Shown here in pieces: positions 40,100 to 53,376 of a stretch of 64,000 nt of DNA. Origin of the DNA: Chrysomallon squamiferum (taxonomy: Eukaryota > Animalia > Mollusca). The notes beneath the pieces were generated by a model. It ran no database searches, was not told where the DNA came from, and was given only the letters and a program-made list of their open reading frames with translations. Every line of letters starts with the position of its first letter. Within the stretch, counting starts at the first letter, position 1. The position numbers and the translations under genes were made by a program. The stretch spans positions 11,842,001 through 11,906,000 of the forward strand of contig CM022670.1 in the NCBI GenBank assembly GCA_012295275.1, in the 5' to 3' direction.

Positions 40100-40633
40100 A
40101 TGTATCGGTCTAGATTTACTGGTGCGTCGTTGCTTTTGACAATTTGGGTTATTTTCACAAACTGGAACGTTTGTCTTGGAACGTGTAATTCTGACACTGG
40201 GCCTTCGGGTTCTGTGGACTGTTTTCTTGGTACGCCATATTACTCTAAATATCAATGGGGAACCTGTCTCACTGACAGCTACATTCAACAGAAGTCTGGC
40301 GGAAAATACCACTGCAGGAACAGGAACGCTAAATATTGTTATTTCCAGTGCATGGTGGAGACTCATGATCTTGACGAAGGACCAGTTTATTCAGACTGTG
40401 AATGCACTCCTGGAGCAACCCGCGCACCCACGGAATCACCCACTGGTACTCCCCTAACTACTCTACCGCCGTGGTGTTCAAGTCCAGACGGGTCGGACTG
40501 TTCGTGGTACAGGCAATGCTTAGAAAAGAAGTACCCGTGTGAAGACTCGCAGAATGGTTACGCCATCAGTTACGCTGAAAAGTTTTGTAATTTATATACC
40601 AAGTCTTCGACCAGATTTTCTAGCACTGGACAG
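40100..40633 (+). CDS. Gene A6 exon 1 (variant Cys module)
   Basis: ATG 40100, 534 nt = 178 codons, donor CAG|GTATTC. Confidence 0.85.
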
Positions 40634-41111
40634 GTATTCGTCTTAATGATCCGGAAAACTTGTTTGAAAATATAAAAAACCATCAACAAGATTTATTTAT
40701 TTATGTATTTATTTATTTATCTATTTATCTATCTATCTATTTATTTATTATTTTAAATAGTTTGATTTGCGGCAAACTGTTTTTCTGTTGTATTTTTATT
40801 TTTATTTATTTATTTATTTATTCATTTTATTATTCATTTTATTCAGATTATTATATTTATAATTTTTATTTTTTATATTTTATTGTTTCTCTCTTATATT
40901 TCTCGTTTTTATTTTTGATGACACCTGATATTTTCATTCTTTCGTTTCATTGTTTTCTTATTCTCATCCACTTTTCTCCTCCTTTTCTATTTTTTCTGTT
41001 ATATAATGTCACATTACAGTTTGGATGGTGATGACAAAAATTAAAACTGGAATAAATCATAGTTAAGATTATGGTTCTTTTTCTGTTTTTATATTATGAT
41101 TATTATCATGA

Positions 41112-41181
<70 letters not shown>

Positions 41182-41183
41182 AG

Positions 41184-42101
41184 AAATGGATAAATGCTAC
41201 GAGGAAATGTCTTCAGGTATCCCTGGTGCCTCTGTTACGTCCCTGGGAATCTCCTTCATGTCGAGATATCAAGGTCCTCGCCTTTGCGTCGCACACAAAT
41301 TGTTACCTGCATCCTTACCGAGGCGCTCCTTCTATATGTGACTTGTCCGTAGGAGACTGGTGGAAGGTGTTCTGGACAATCAAAAGTGCGTATGTTCAAG
41401 CGACACTGCCAACTTTGAAAGGAACTTTGGAAACAGCAATCGGGTGCGGCAACCAGTACATGGACGAAGCGTACGAGTTCATCAGAATAATACGACTAAA
41501 AGTGACAAACGTGATTAACCGATTCAAAAGGTCTGCTGATGACAACCCGTTGGACGCTCTGGCCGGGGATGTGGCTGATTCTATTGCAGAGCAGCTTGGC
41601 TGGAAGTCGAGTGGAGTCGGGTGGTTTGCTTATGCAGAGAACGACATTCTTGAACCAACTGAAAAACAGTCAGTCGTGAACATTTCCATAATTATAGCTG
41701 ACCAGTCCCAGCTGGATGTCAATGTTAACAGTTCAACGATTTTGAATTTAAATGAAACAGTGGATGCTTTGGCGGATGCTGTCCAAAGTGGAAGTCTGAA
41801 AATTAAAATAAAAGGAAAGTCGGAAGAAGTTTCGATCAAGATGATGATGAAATGTGTTGACGTTGCGTGTAATAACACATACATGATGGTTTTCGGAGCA
41901 GCAACTTCTTCTGGATCAAGTACATCTACGTATCTACCGACATCAGGCTTGACAGTGAAGACATCCCCAGCATCAACAGCATCGACTCGGTCCGTGGTGA
42001 AACAAATCGAAACGGTTTCTGGACTTTCTCCAAATTTAGGAATCTCTGCTATCGTTGTTGGTGTCGTATCGGTTCATGTGCTGCACGCTATTTCAAGCTG
42101 A
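41184..42101 (+). CDS. Gene A6 exon 2 (spliced product 483 aa; RFKR; long tail)
   Basis: Acceptor (ATT)n ACAG|AAATGG, in frame with ORF 41226-42101. Confidence 0.85.
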   Translation, partial: KWINATRKCLQVSLVPLLRPWESPSCRDIKVLAFASHTNCYLHPYRGAPSICDLSVGDWWKVFWTIKSAYVQATLPTLKGTLETAIGCGNQYMDEAYEFIRIIRLKVTNVINRFKRSADDNPLDALAGDVADSIAEQLGWKSSGVGWFAYAENDILEPTEKQSVVNISIIIADQSQLDVNVNSSTILNLNETVDALADAVQSGSLKIKIKGKSEEVSIKMMMKCVDVACNNTYMMVFGAATSSGSSTSTYLPTSGLTVKTSPASTASTRSVVKQIETVSGLSPNLGISAIVVGVVSVHVLHAISS

Positions 42102-42257
42102 ACCAAGAACTTTGTAAAATTATTATTTTTTTTGATTATGCTTTATTATACTTTATGCATATAACTAGAAGTTCAGAGAAGACAGCTTACCCAAATAACA
42201 TTGCCAGATTTGACTTTAATTTAAGTATTGTTTTTAACATCTTCCCTTTTTATACAC

Positions 42258-42289
<32 letters not shown>

Positions 42290-43679
42290 AATGGTAAATA
42301 AATAAATCTCAACTGAACTGTATTTTGAAAAATGTTTTTTTTCAGTATTTCTGTTTATTTTTTTTTATTTCTTTAGTTAGTTTGTTCATTATCTCGTTAT
42401 TATTTTAAATTATCCCTTTGGAAATATGAAGAATCAGTATAAATATATTCTGAATTCTATAAAAAATGCAACTGACCCTCAGTCGTGTAGGCGGTGACGT
42501 CACGATTCTAGTTGTAAAGTTATAAAATCATAGTATTTACATACTTTGTAACATCTTGTAATACTCTGTCATGAGTAATGATATGCGGCCCATAATTATC
42601 AGATAAATATCTTCATAGCTTTCTGATTAAATGAATCTCTGTTTATAAAACATAATTAAATTTAAAAAGTATTATATTTAACAAACGTGTTAACAGTATT
42701 AACATATTATAATTAATTGTTAAGTTTAGAGAGAATATTAAATTAATGAGTCGTATTGTAACAGATGAATGTATTAAACTGTAATTAAAAACAAAACAAG
42801 AAAAAAATTTCACTAAAGGTATAAACATCTAATACAAATAATATAGCTGTAGAAGGTATTTGCTCAAATATATATTTTACCGATAAAAAAAAAATATATA
42901 TATATATATATTTAAGGTGAAAAAATATCTTAAATTTAACAAAATATATTAAATTACAAGAACGTAATAAATATTAATAAAATTAAACAGACGTTTTGAT
43001 TTATTAAAGTATTCTTATGACATACATCAAAATGTAACACTGAAAATGTAAAGCGAAAATATATAATGAAAGAAAAATATTGATAATCTTATGTCAGAAA
43101 ATATGGGCGTTGGAAATTAAAATTTTAACTTAGATCCTGTCGAATTCAACTCATTATTTCATTAAACATTAAATTACATACATCGACACAGATACAACAT
43201 AGAAACAACACTGAGCCGGACACGAAACACCAGTTGATTAACAAAACGCAGACGCACTAAAACAACACAAGACACGATTAAGCGCATTACTAATGACCTG
43301 CCGTTTACCTTGAATAATACATATAGTAAATAATGGAACTAGCTGATACCACTAAATATAAGAACGTTAATACGTTATGTCTATGATTAGCTATGGTTTA
43401 TAAATGTATGACATTGGTCGTCAGAGACATAATAATGATTGATATATAAAAATGTCTCTCTGAAGTGAAATGAATTACACTTTAAAAACAGGGTCTTCAT
43501 AAAACACAGTATCTTTACATATGTAAATTCCGTTTTGCAGATTACAACTAAGTTCTCCTAGTTGCCTATGTGATAGATATAACAACAACCAGTGGTACCT
43601 TACTGAACAAATTGGAGCTGTACTACTAAAACAGTCAAAGGTGTACAGGGTACAATACATGACCAAATAAAGAATTTTG

Positions 43680-43915
43680 TCCATAATTATAGCCGACAAG
43701 TCCCAGCTCAATGTTAATGTTAACTGTTCAACGATTTTAGATCTAAATAAAATAGTGGACGATTTGGCGAAGACGTTTCGATCAAGATGATGTGGGCGTG
43801 TGTTGACGTCGCTTGTAGTAACACATACATGATGGTTTTGGGGGAAGCAAACAGTAAGCATCCATATGCAATCCTATTAATCATGGCGTTGACTAATCTG
43901 ATGTACGTGCTTTGG
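43680..43915 (+). pseudogene. Degraded 3' fragment of a short-tail A gene
   Basis: Reads IIIADKSQLNVNVN…LDLNKIVD, then an internal deletion, then MMWACVDVACSNTYMMVLGEANSKHP. The stop is mutated and the short-tail 3' flank follows. Confidence 0.75.
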
Positions 43916-44232
43916 TTTAAAACTACAGAAAAAGAAAACAATCAGTACACATCAACAGAAATAACATCAAGGAGAAAAAATAGATAATGATTTATTTTTT
44001 TATCAATAACAGAAATAATTTTCTGTTAATACTTTCTTATACTGTTAAATGTTTCGAGATTATGAGTTTTATTTTATATTACTTTATATTAGATTTCATA
44101 TTTTTTGTTTTTTGTTGTCATGAGGGATATTTTTTGTTTAATTTCTTTTGATGGAGTTGTGTATAATAATGGCAGTAGCAGAAGCAGCAATAGTAGAAGT
44201 AGTAGTAACAGTAATATAAAGTATATAATGAC

Positions 44233-44300
<68 letters not shown>

Positions 44301-44489
44301 ATAGGAGTACACTTATTTTAAAGGTGTTATTTTTAAAACGTGTGTGAACGTAGTCACTTTCCAGTATTTGATAAGCATGCTGTCAGCTATGTTTTTATAT
44401 AAATTATATCGTAACTGCTTCTACTACTTAATAATCAGTACCATTGCTCCAAAATCCAAAATCCAAAATCCCCCGAAAAAACATAAACA

Positions 44490-44533
<44 letters not shown>

Positions 44534-44808
44534 CTTTATTTATCTCATTTTGAATGCCTCTTTTCTTAAACTGGTTTAAATGACAGATACAGAAAAGCCG
44601 TCATAGCTATTTTTAACCTTCAACCTTTTATGCGTTGTGCGAACTTGCGTCCTGGCATTTTGCCAACGACTTACTCACATTTTAGTAAATAGGCCTATGT
44701 TATCAGGGGTCAGTGTCCATCAAACGACAGTGATACAGTCACAAGTGATAAAGTCAAACTGAAACATCAGCGTCAGTGTCCGCTGGGGTGATATTATTAC
44801 CTTCGAGA

Positions 44809-45099
44809 ATGTGTCAGACATGTTTTCACTCGGCGATGTTTTTGTGGTGTTTTGTAACAAACTGGAAACTTTGTCTCGGGCCGTACGATCCCCTACAAGA
44901 TCCACGGCAACCTTCGTCAATTTCCGCTCTCTCCGAGGCGTGTGCAACTCCGAGTGGTGACGACTGTTCGTGGTACAGAGATTGCTTGGAGAACGCTTTT
45001 CCATGCGAGAGCTCGCAGTTTCCGTACTCTGTTTCGTACGCCGAATACATGTGCTATAGGTTTGACCGATCATCTTCTAGTTACAGTTCAAGTGGAAAG
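44809..45099 (+). CDS. Gene D exon 1: divergent secreted stanniocalcin-like paralog
   Basis: ATG 44809; leader (FLWCFVTNWKLCLG) homologous to the A leader; DCSWYRDCLENAFPCE; 291 nt = 97 codons; donor AAG|GTATA at the position homologous to the A intron. Confidence 0.75.
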
Positions 45100-45738
45100 G
45101 TATATATATATCTATATATACGATTTAAAATGTTTGTTCATTTACTTATAATATTTATTTATTTATTATTATTATTATTTTTTTTAATGTAGTCTTGCAA
45201 ATATTTAAATATGTTTGGCTATTGACGGGGGCGGGAGCGATATGCTTGACGAGCGATTGACGCTTACCTGTGGATTATGTTCCGCGACAATAAAGAAACT
45301 CTTTACGATAGTCTCCGCCCACTAAAGCCCATCCTAGTGACGTCACAGCCGGTATATTGTCATAAACAGCAGTAGTGTAAAATAATATTAAATAAACAAA
45401 CGATACAACAATAACACCAAAAAAACCCCCCAAAAAACAACAACGATAACAAAAAGAAGAAGAAAGAAATAAAATAAAATAAAATAAAATAAAAATAAAT
45501 AAATAATAAATAAATAAATAAATAAATAAATAACCATACCATAGTAACGACCATATACGTAATAATAACTTTTCAGCATTAAATATTGACGAAACATTCC
45601 TTTTTTTTTTTTTTTTTTTTTTTTTATTCACTCTTTCGCAATTATATAACATGTAATGAGTTTCAGCAAAGACATCTCTAATTCAACAATTTCTGGTTTA
45701 TATTTGGCAGTTTAAGATGACAAAAAAAAAAAAAAAAA

Positions 45739-45827
<89 letters not shown>

Positions 45828-45895
45828 AAAAACTAAAACAAAAACATGAGATATAATTTTTCTTCTTCTGTTATTATTTATTAAAAAAAAATATT

Positions 45896-45934
<39 letters not shown>

Positions 45935-45991
45935 TGATGTTTCAGATATAATTTTTCTTCTTCTGTTATTATTTATTAAAAAAAAAATATT

Positions 45992-46042
<51 letters not shown>

Positions 46043-46053
46043 TGATGTTTCAG

Positions 46054-46335
46054 ATGTGGATCAAGGCAGTTAAAAAATGTCTTCAGCTGGCACTCACTGA
46101 CATTCTACGTTCAATGAAGTCGCCATCATGCAGAGACATCCAATCAAAAGCATTTGATTCGCATTCTGTTTGCTTCATCCGACCCTCTCCTGGCGCACCA
46201 TCTTTTTGTGACTTACCTTTGCGTGATATGTTAAAGATGTTCTGGACAACTAAAAGCGCTATAATCGAGAACCCTGGTACAGCTGTAAAGGGTTTTGTCG
46301 ACGTTTTGAAAGGCTGTGTTTTGAGGTTAGCTTAG
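46054..46335 (+). CDS. Gene D exon 2 (spliced product ~190 aa, no anchor)
   Basis: Acceptor TTTCAG|ATGTGG, phase 0. WIKAVKKCLQ…SCRDIQSKAFDSHSVC…SFCDLP aligns with A exon 2. TAG at 46333-46335. Confidence 0.75.
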   Translation: MWIKAVKKCLQLALTDILRSMKSPSCRDIQSKAFDSHSVCFIRPSPGAPSFCDLPLRDMLKMFWTTKSAIIENPGTAVKGFVDVLKGCVLRLA

Positions 46336-47055
46336 GGGAAAAAAAAAAACATTCAAAGACGAGCATGACGGTCTGGTAACAAACATCAGATAGAGACTTT
46401 CAGGCTTACGTAACTCAATAATTGGAGAATGACACTCTGTAAAATGATGGATAGAGAGCAAGGATGAATGTTTTAAACTAAACTGTTTTTATTTGGTTTT
46501 TTATTTTTATTTATTTATTTATTTTTACTTATTTATTTATATGTTTTTTTTATTTTTATTTATTTATTTATTTATTTAATTATTTGGTTTTTTTTTATTT
46601 TTTTTTTTTTAGTTTTTTTATTTATTTATTTACTTATTTATTTATTTTTTTTTTTTTTTTTTTTAAGTTTTATTTATTTATTTATTTATCAGTTTATTTA
46701 TTTATTTATTTATTTAAACTATAATTTCGTACATGATCTATGGTATGAACAGTTTATATTACACAGAGGGTATTTCTATATTACATCTATATATGTATGC
46801 ATAACAGTATATATGAATACGAGTGCAAATATGTAAGAGTGAGTGTGAGTGCATTATATGTGACTATCTGTGAGTTTATATATGTGTGTATGTTTGTCTG
46901 TCTGTACGTGTGTTTATGTATGTATTTCAAAGTACCTCGCATCACAATCTGAGATTCTCTGGTAAGTTGTCTTAATTGTCTAACTAAAAACGCACAATTC
47001 ATTGCTTATGACATTTACTTATTTATATTATTTCTTTACTTTTTCTAAAAGTATT

Positions 47056-47176
<121 letters not shown>

Positions 47177-48109
47177 AATATCCACATATTATAAATGATT
47201 ATTAACTAATAGAATCTGACAGCTGAAGACTGTTTGATAAACAAAGTTTTTCCCTTGCGCCTGATCTTTTATGAACATGTTTGCAATGTATATGTCTATA
47301 TAACCACTCATTTCTTGTCGTATATATTTTTTTTAAATATTTGAATTAATTGCATGTTTCAATGTTTAAAATAAGTATAAAAAAAAAAAAAAAATTAATA
47401 AATAAAGAAAGAAAATAAAACAGTTGTATTTCCGAAAGGTTTTTAAATTATTATTATTATTAAAAAATCAGCATCTATCATTATTTAATTGTATACGTAA
47501 TAGAAGCAGTAGAAGTAGAAATAATATATATACTACTGTGGTAGAAGTAGTAATACAGAAAGCTCTAAAAAGTATCTATATTATTTATGTTGCATATTGT
47601 AATTTTATTAGCAGAAATATATATATATATATATATATGAGTTACTTCTTAGTAGTGGTAGTTGTAGTAGCTAAACTAATAGTAACTGTAGAATTATTAC
47701 ATTAGTAAGAGTGGTTTTGTCATTGGTGTTGTTTTAGTATTTTTAATATAAAGACAAATAGTAGCAGTAATAATAGAAATAATAGAAATTGTTTTTGCTG
47801 TTGGTGTTTTAACTGTTGTAAAACTTGTCACAACAGTTGTAGTTACATCGTTTTATTTGTTGCCTAAATTTGATTATTGAAAATAAGATCTTTTACATGT
47901 CGAATTTATAAAAAGGGAGATAACTGCGTAATGATTAAAAGCTGCAAAATTTCTGAGGAATGAATGAATGAAAAAATTACACACACACACACATACACAA
48001 ACAGAGAGAGAGAAAACAAAAAAACCCTGAACAATTCATTTTAACAAAACCGTTTTTCATTAATTCTACCAAATCTTTTTATTTTATCCTATTATTGTTG
48101 TTGTTGTTG

Positions 48110-48141
<32 letters not shown>

Positions 48142-50202
48142 TATTATTTCTTTATATTTCTTGTCCAGTAATATCTTACAAAACTTTAATTATTGAATTA
48201 CTACGCATCTCAGGAAATCTCAGTGAATATTACAGACATCCAAAATTCAATAATTACCAGTTTATTAATGAACAAATTCAATTAATTAATAAATGGGAAA
48301 ATCGTCTGTTCGTTTTCTGATCCCATAGACATGTCTCGCCTTCTGGTTTATAAAGATTTAGAAAAACGTGATGAGATAAGAATATTGAATTTATACGTGA
48401 CTATGTCTCAGTATTGGAATTAGTTTTATACTGACGTCTGTTGTAACTCTTCTTAGGAAGAATCGAGAAGGGCGTGCTTTTCTGAAATGGGTGGGGATTA
48501 AAACAGATACATATTGATGGACGTTTTTCTGGAATATTCGAATGTAACAGAAGTGGCCGATTTTGATTAAGTTTTTCTTCATTAAGGATAACGAAAATCG
48601 AATTTTAATCTTTGCGGTATTTGTAATTGATTGTAAAAATAATTTATATGTTATCATACAGATCGACATATGCACCATCACACAGTTCACAAAAATATTA
48701 ATAAAATATAAAATAAAAACAACGATAATAAAATAATAACAACAACAACAAAAATAACAACAATAAAAATAATAATAATAAGAAGAAGAAGAAGAAGAAG
48801 AAGAAGAAAAATTCCTATAAAAAATTAAAATTAAAGTTCAATGGAAAACAAAATAGAATAACTTCATGTAAACGAAGTAAAAACATCATAAAATAATAGA
48901 AGCAGTTTAGGTGACCAGGTAATTTTATAAAATCCTCTTTTTAAAATAACACACATACACATATAAGGACGAAGATACAGATAGATATAAAGAGAAGGAG
49001 AGAGACAGAGAAACAGGCAGGGAGAGAAATGTTTTAGGTATATGACTAAAAGCACAATCATTTATAACCACGTCATTCTGGTTACCATGGTAATAACAGA
49101 CATTCCTAGAGGATTTTCCCCTTTCCTTTTTTTTTTTCTTCTTTTAAATAAATTCTCGCTCGATTTGCCTCTTTTTCTGTTTCTATTTTTTCTTCTTCTT
49201 TTCTTTTTTTCGTTACTCATATATTTGAATTTTATTCAGACAACGTAATACAGTTTATGTTCATTACAATAATAATACAACATTCGTTATCAAAATGACG
49301 ATGTTGCATTTAAGCGAGTTCTGAAAATCAGGTCATACAGAAGTGGGTGTACTGATGCAAAGCAAGGAAAGATAACCTAGAAAGGAAATAATAACGTGAA
49401 CGAGTGTGTGTCACATAAATAGCTGGAACGTGCTGTGTTACAGTGATTGTAAAACATCCAACATATACATACGCACATTCATACCCCAAACCCATAATCA
49501 CTGACCACATATACATACAGACATACATACGTACACTACATGCATAATACATACAGACACACACAAATAAATACGTACATACATGTACATTATACACATT
49601 TGTAGTTTTTTATATAGCATATTTGTATGTGTGTATACCTGATACATTTACAAAGAAACAAATAAAAAATATATTTACAAATAAACTTATCAGACGTTAC
49701 AGCTATGTCGCCGTCGTTGTTGTCGGAGTAATAACACCGACGATGTTGTGGTTAGATATCATTTACAATCTGCATTCATATTCTGCAGGACAAAGTATAT
49801 GTATATGTTTGTGATACTGGATAGACTGATAACAGACAGATAGACAGTTAGACAGACAGATAGATAGAGATATACTGATAGAGGGATGAATGGATAGATA
49901 GATGGATGGATAGATAGTCAGAGAAGAACAGAAATGTTGAAAAAATTTCAAAATTCATTTTATAATTTTATAATTAATGACTGTGACTTAAAATAAATAA
50001 GTAAGTAAGTAAATAAAACACTATTGTAAGAGTGGTCCTTCCAGATGGATCTTAATTTTTGATCTCGGTACAATAATAAAGTTCAAATTATTTAAGCTTA
50101 AAAGTATTAAAGCAATGTTAGATAAAGACGAAAACAGACACGGACACACACACATACACACAAATACACACACATATATACACAGACACACACACACACG
50201 CG

Positions 50203-50245
<43 letters not shown>

Positions 50246-51052
50246 CCACCCACACACACATATCCACACCACCCAAACGAGCCAAATAAATCATTCCCAA
50301 CAAAGTACACGAGAAGCGGTTGACCTCTCGTCACGTGAACAAAAAGGTCATCATAACGGGGCTTTTACCTTGCGGTTCATGGCAATTCGTCCAAATTATT
50401 CCGAACACCGCAGTCGAGGGAAAACACCTATCATGACCAATGGCCTAGTCTAATTCTCGTATTAACAGAAAGGTGGATTTTGGGTGGGTGTGTTCCGCCA
50501 GACGGGAATGAAGCGTTTGTGGTGGGATTAGGAGTGTTGTTCTAGAAAAAAAGGTTCGTTAGGTCCGGCAGAAGAGATTTAAACAGAGATTTTGTGGATT
50601 TGGGTTTTTCAATTTTTGCACAAATTTATTCATTGCAAATTTAATCTTCTCAGAATATATATATATATTTTTTATTTTTTATTTTCGTTCAAAGGAAAAC
50701 GGCATTGACCGATCCGTGAAATTTCAAGACAAAATTTGCTGTGATCTGTATTACTCAGATATTTTATAAAGCTAGAGAAAAGTAACAAAAAGAGAAAAAA
50801 AAAAAACGAAAAAAAAAAAAAAAAAAACGCTAAAAAGAAAAGAAGAAGAACGTTAAGGTGAATTGAATGCAGGAGGAGGTGATCTCTGTATGACGTTCAC
50901 TCTGGCTTTTGTTTTATTTAAAAACGTAACATGGTGGTGACCAGCTACGAAGTTAATACGGGTGAATTCTGTACATATCAGCACTTTTTCTCTGTCGACC
51001 AGTAAAATATCGTTATCGAGGACTCAGCGAAAACTTCGCCGTGTTTATCGTG

Positions 51053-51386
51053 ATGGCCACCAACCCGTCGGCGTACACCGCGTTAACCCTTCTGCTGCTG
51101 GCGCACTGCTGCCAGTCGTTCATGTGGGAGTGGGGACCGGACCTGGAGGGGCCCTGGTGCGCGAAGCGACCCTTCGGCGAACAGTGCTGTGACGACCGCA
51201 ACGACGACTGCTCGGTTCCCATCCTCGGCACGGAATGCTACTGCGACGTCTTCTGCAACGACACTGCGTACGACTGCTGCCCGGATTACTGGAGTCTGTG
51301 CCACGGCGTCACAAGAAAGCCCGACCCCACGTCGTTCACCACCCTGCCTCCCAGAACGACGAGGTTTCCGATCGCGATTACACGAA
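51053..51386 (+). CDS. TINAGL1: First coding exon of a tubulointerstitial nephritis antigen-like (TINAGL1/Swim-like) protein: signal peptide + somatomedin-B domain
   Basis: GC-rich exon with a signal peptide. CCDDRNDDCSVPILGTECYCDVFCNDTAYDCCPDYWSLC matches the recalled TINAGL1 pattern [39 protein letters not shown]. Consensus donor GTAAGT at 51387 (phase 1). No downstream exon recognised in the window, so orthology is unproven. Confidence 0.78.
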
Positions 51387-51999
51387 GTAAGTTTTAACGT
51401 AGTCAGAGGTGTAATTTTCATTGGTTGATCGGGGTTTCGGTTGTAAAAGGGTTTATTCGGACATTTGTTTTGTATACAAATTTTAAAAAATCTCAGAGAT
51501 ATTTTGTATGTTGTTTGTTACTTTTATAGGTAGTGTTAAACAGAAAATGTATTGCGTGTTACTTGCTTTTTCTACAAAAACTAATTTTTTTGGTTTGTTT
51601 CTGAAAACATGTTTTCTACACAGGAATACATTAACTTTAGTATAAATGATAAATACGAGGTGTGAATAGTTAACTAACTGGCTTTACACCGGTGTTCTCT
51701 GTAATTATAACAATTATTTTTAATAAGAAGTTTAAAAAGAAAGCTTGGTGGCTTTGAGTGTTCTGAATAACAAATATATCAGTTTGGAGTATAGCGCTCT
51801 CTGTCAGTGGTCAGATGTTATCAAATTAGATCTCTAATTAAAAGTATGCAGCATGTCAGTGATAGGAATTATGTCAATGGTTATCTTGTTATGTTATTTG
51901 TCAGTGGTTATAGTATCTGTTAGTGGTTATAATTTACGCCATACTATGATTATAGTATGCGTCAGTGGTTATAATGTATGACCATGCTGATGAGAATAA

Positions 52000-52770
52000 G
52001 CCAGTGGTCATATTATATGTCAAAGGTTAAAGTCTACGTCAGTGGTTAAAGTCTACGTCAGTGGTCATATTATATGTCAGTGGTTAAAGTGTACGTCAGT
52101 GGTCATATTAAATGTCAGTGGTTAAAGTCTACGTCAGTGGTCATATTATATGTCAGTGGTTAAAGTGTACGTCAGTGGTTAAACGGTACGTCAGTGGTCA
52201 TATTATATGTCAGTGGTTAAAGTCTACGTCAGTGGTCATATTATATGTCAGTGGTTAAATTCTACGTCAGTGGTTAAACGGTACGTCAGTGGTCATATTA
52301 TATGTCAGTGGTTAAAGTGTACGTCAGTGGTTAAAGTCTACGTCAGTGGTCATATTATATGTCAGTGGTTAAAGTCTACGTCAGTGGTTAAACGGTACGT
52401 CGGTGGTCATATTATACGTCAGTGGTTAAAGTGTACGTCAGTGGTCATATTATATGTCAGTGGTTAAAGTGTATGTCAGTGGTCATATTATATGTCAGTG
52501 GTTAAAGGGTATGTCAGTGGTTAAAGTGTACGTCAGTGGTCATATTATATGTCAGTGGTTAAAGTGTACGTCAGTGGTCATATTATATGTCAGTGGTTAA
52601 AGTGTATGTCAGTGGTCATATTATATGTCAGTGGTTAAAGGGTACGTCAGTGGTCATATTATATATCAGTGGTTAAAGTGTACGTCAGTGGTCATATTAT
52701 ATGTCAGTGGTTAAAGGGTACGTCAGTGGTCATATTATATGTCAGTGGTTAAAGCATAAATCAGTGGTTA
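52000..52770. repeat. 19-bp minisatellite with two unit variants
   Basis: GTCAGTGGTCATATTATAT and GTCAGTGGTTAAAGTGTAC, about 40 units; degenerate units extend back to ~51804. Confidence 0.95.
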
Positions 52771-53290
52771 GAATGTACGTCATCGGTTATGTTATAAATT
52801 AGTGATATTAATATTAAACTGGGATTAAATATAATTAAAACAAACAAAAATTATTATATGAATAATTTTACGTTAACCTCTATTTTTCTTCTTTTGTTTC
52901 CCCTAAATTTTATAATAATTAACTGCCAACTGCACAGTCATTAACAGTCAGTAAAATTTGAATATAGTTTCGTGTACTAGGTCGCAATGACAAAAAAAAA
53001 AAAAAAAAAAAAAATAAAAGACATGAAAAAATTAAAAATAAAACATTTATGTTATGCCGCTTTCTCGTTATTCCTTGGAGTACGTAGTTAAGTATACTTG
53101 AAACCACATGTATTGTGAGTCAAATAAAAACATATGCGCCCAACAAAACTTTTGTTCTAAAAGTGTGTCGGGTTCCAACAGGAAAACAACATTCAGTATA
53201 AATCAACAGAAAGAGATAAGATATTAACAAAAAGATTTATAGTACTATTTTATATGTATATGTGTAACTAGAAAGGAGACAGAGAGAAAG

Positions 53291-53295
<5 letters not shown>

Positions 53296-53373
<78 letters not shown>
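53296..53373. repeat. (GA)n microsatellite
   Basis: Pure GA run. Confidence 0.95.

Positions 53374-53376
<3 letters not shown>

Noticed and set aside
52207-52467. ORF with repeated HIICQWLK motif
   Set aside because: Translation of the 57-bp higher-order satellite block; no splice or coding support.
52000-52770. CRISPR-like repeat/spacer appearance
   Set aside because: The core is only 9 bp and the 'spacers' are two recurring 10-bp variants. The context is eukaryotic with no cas genes, so it is a minisatellite.
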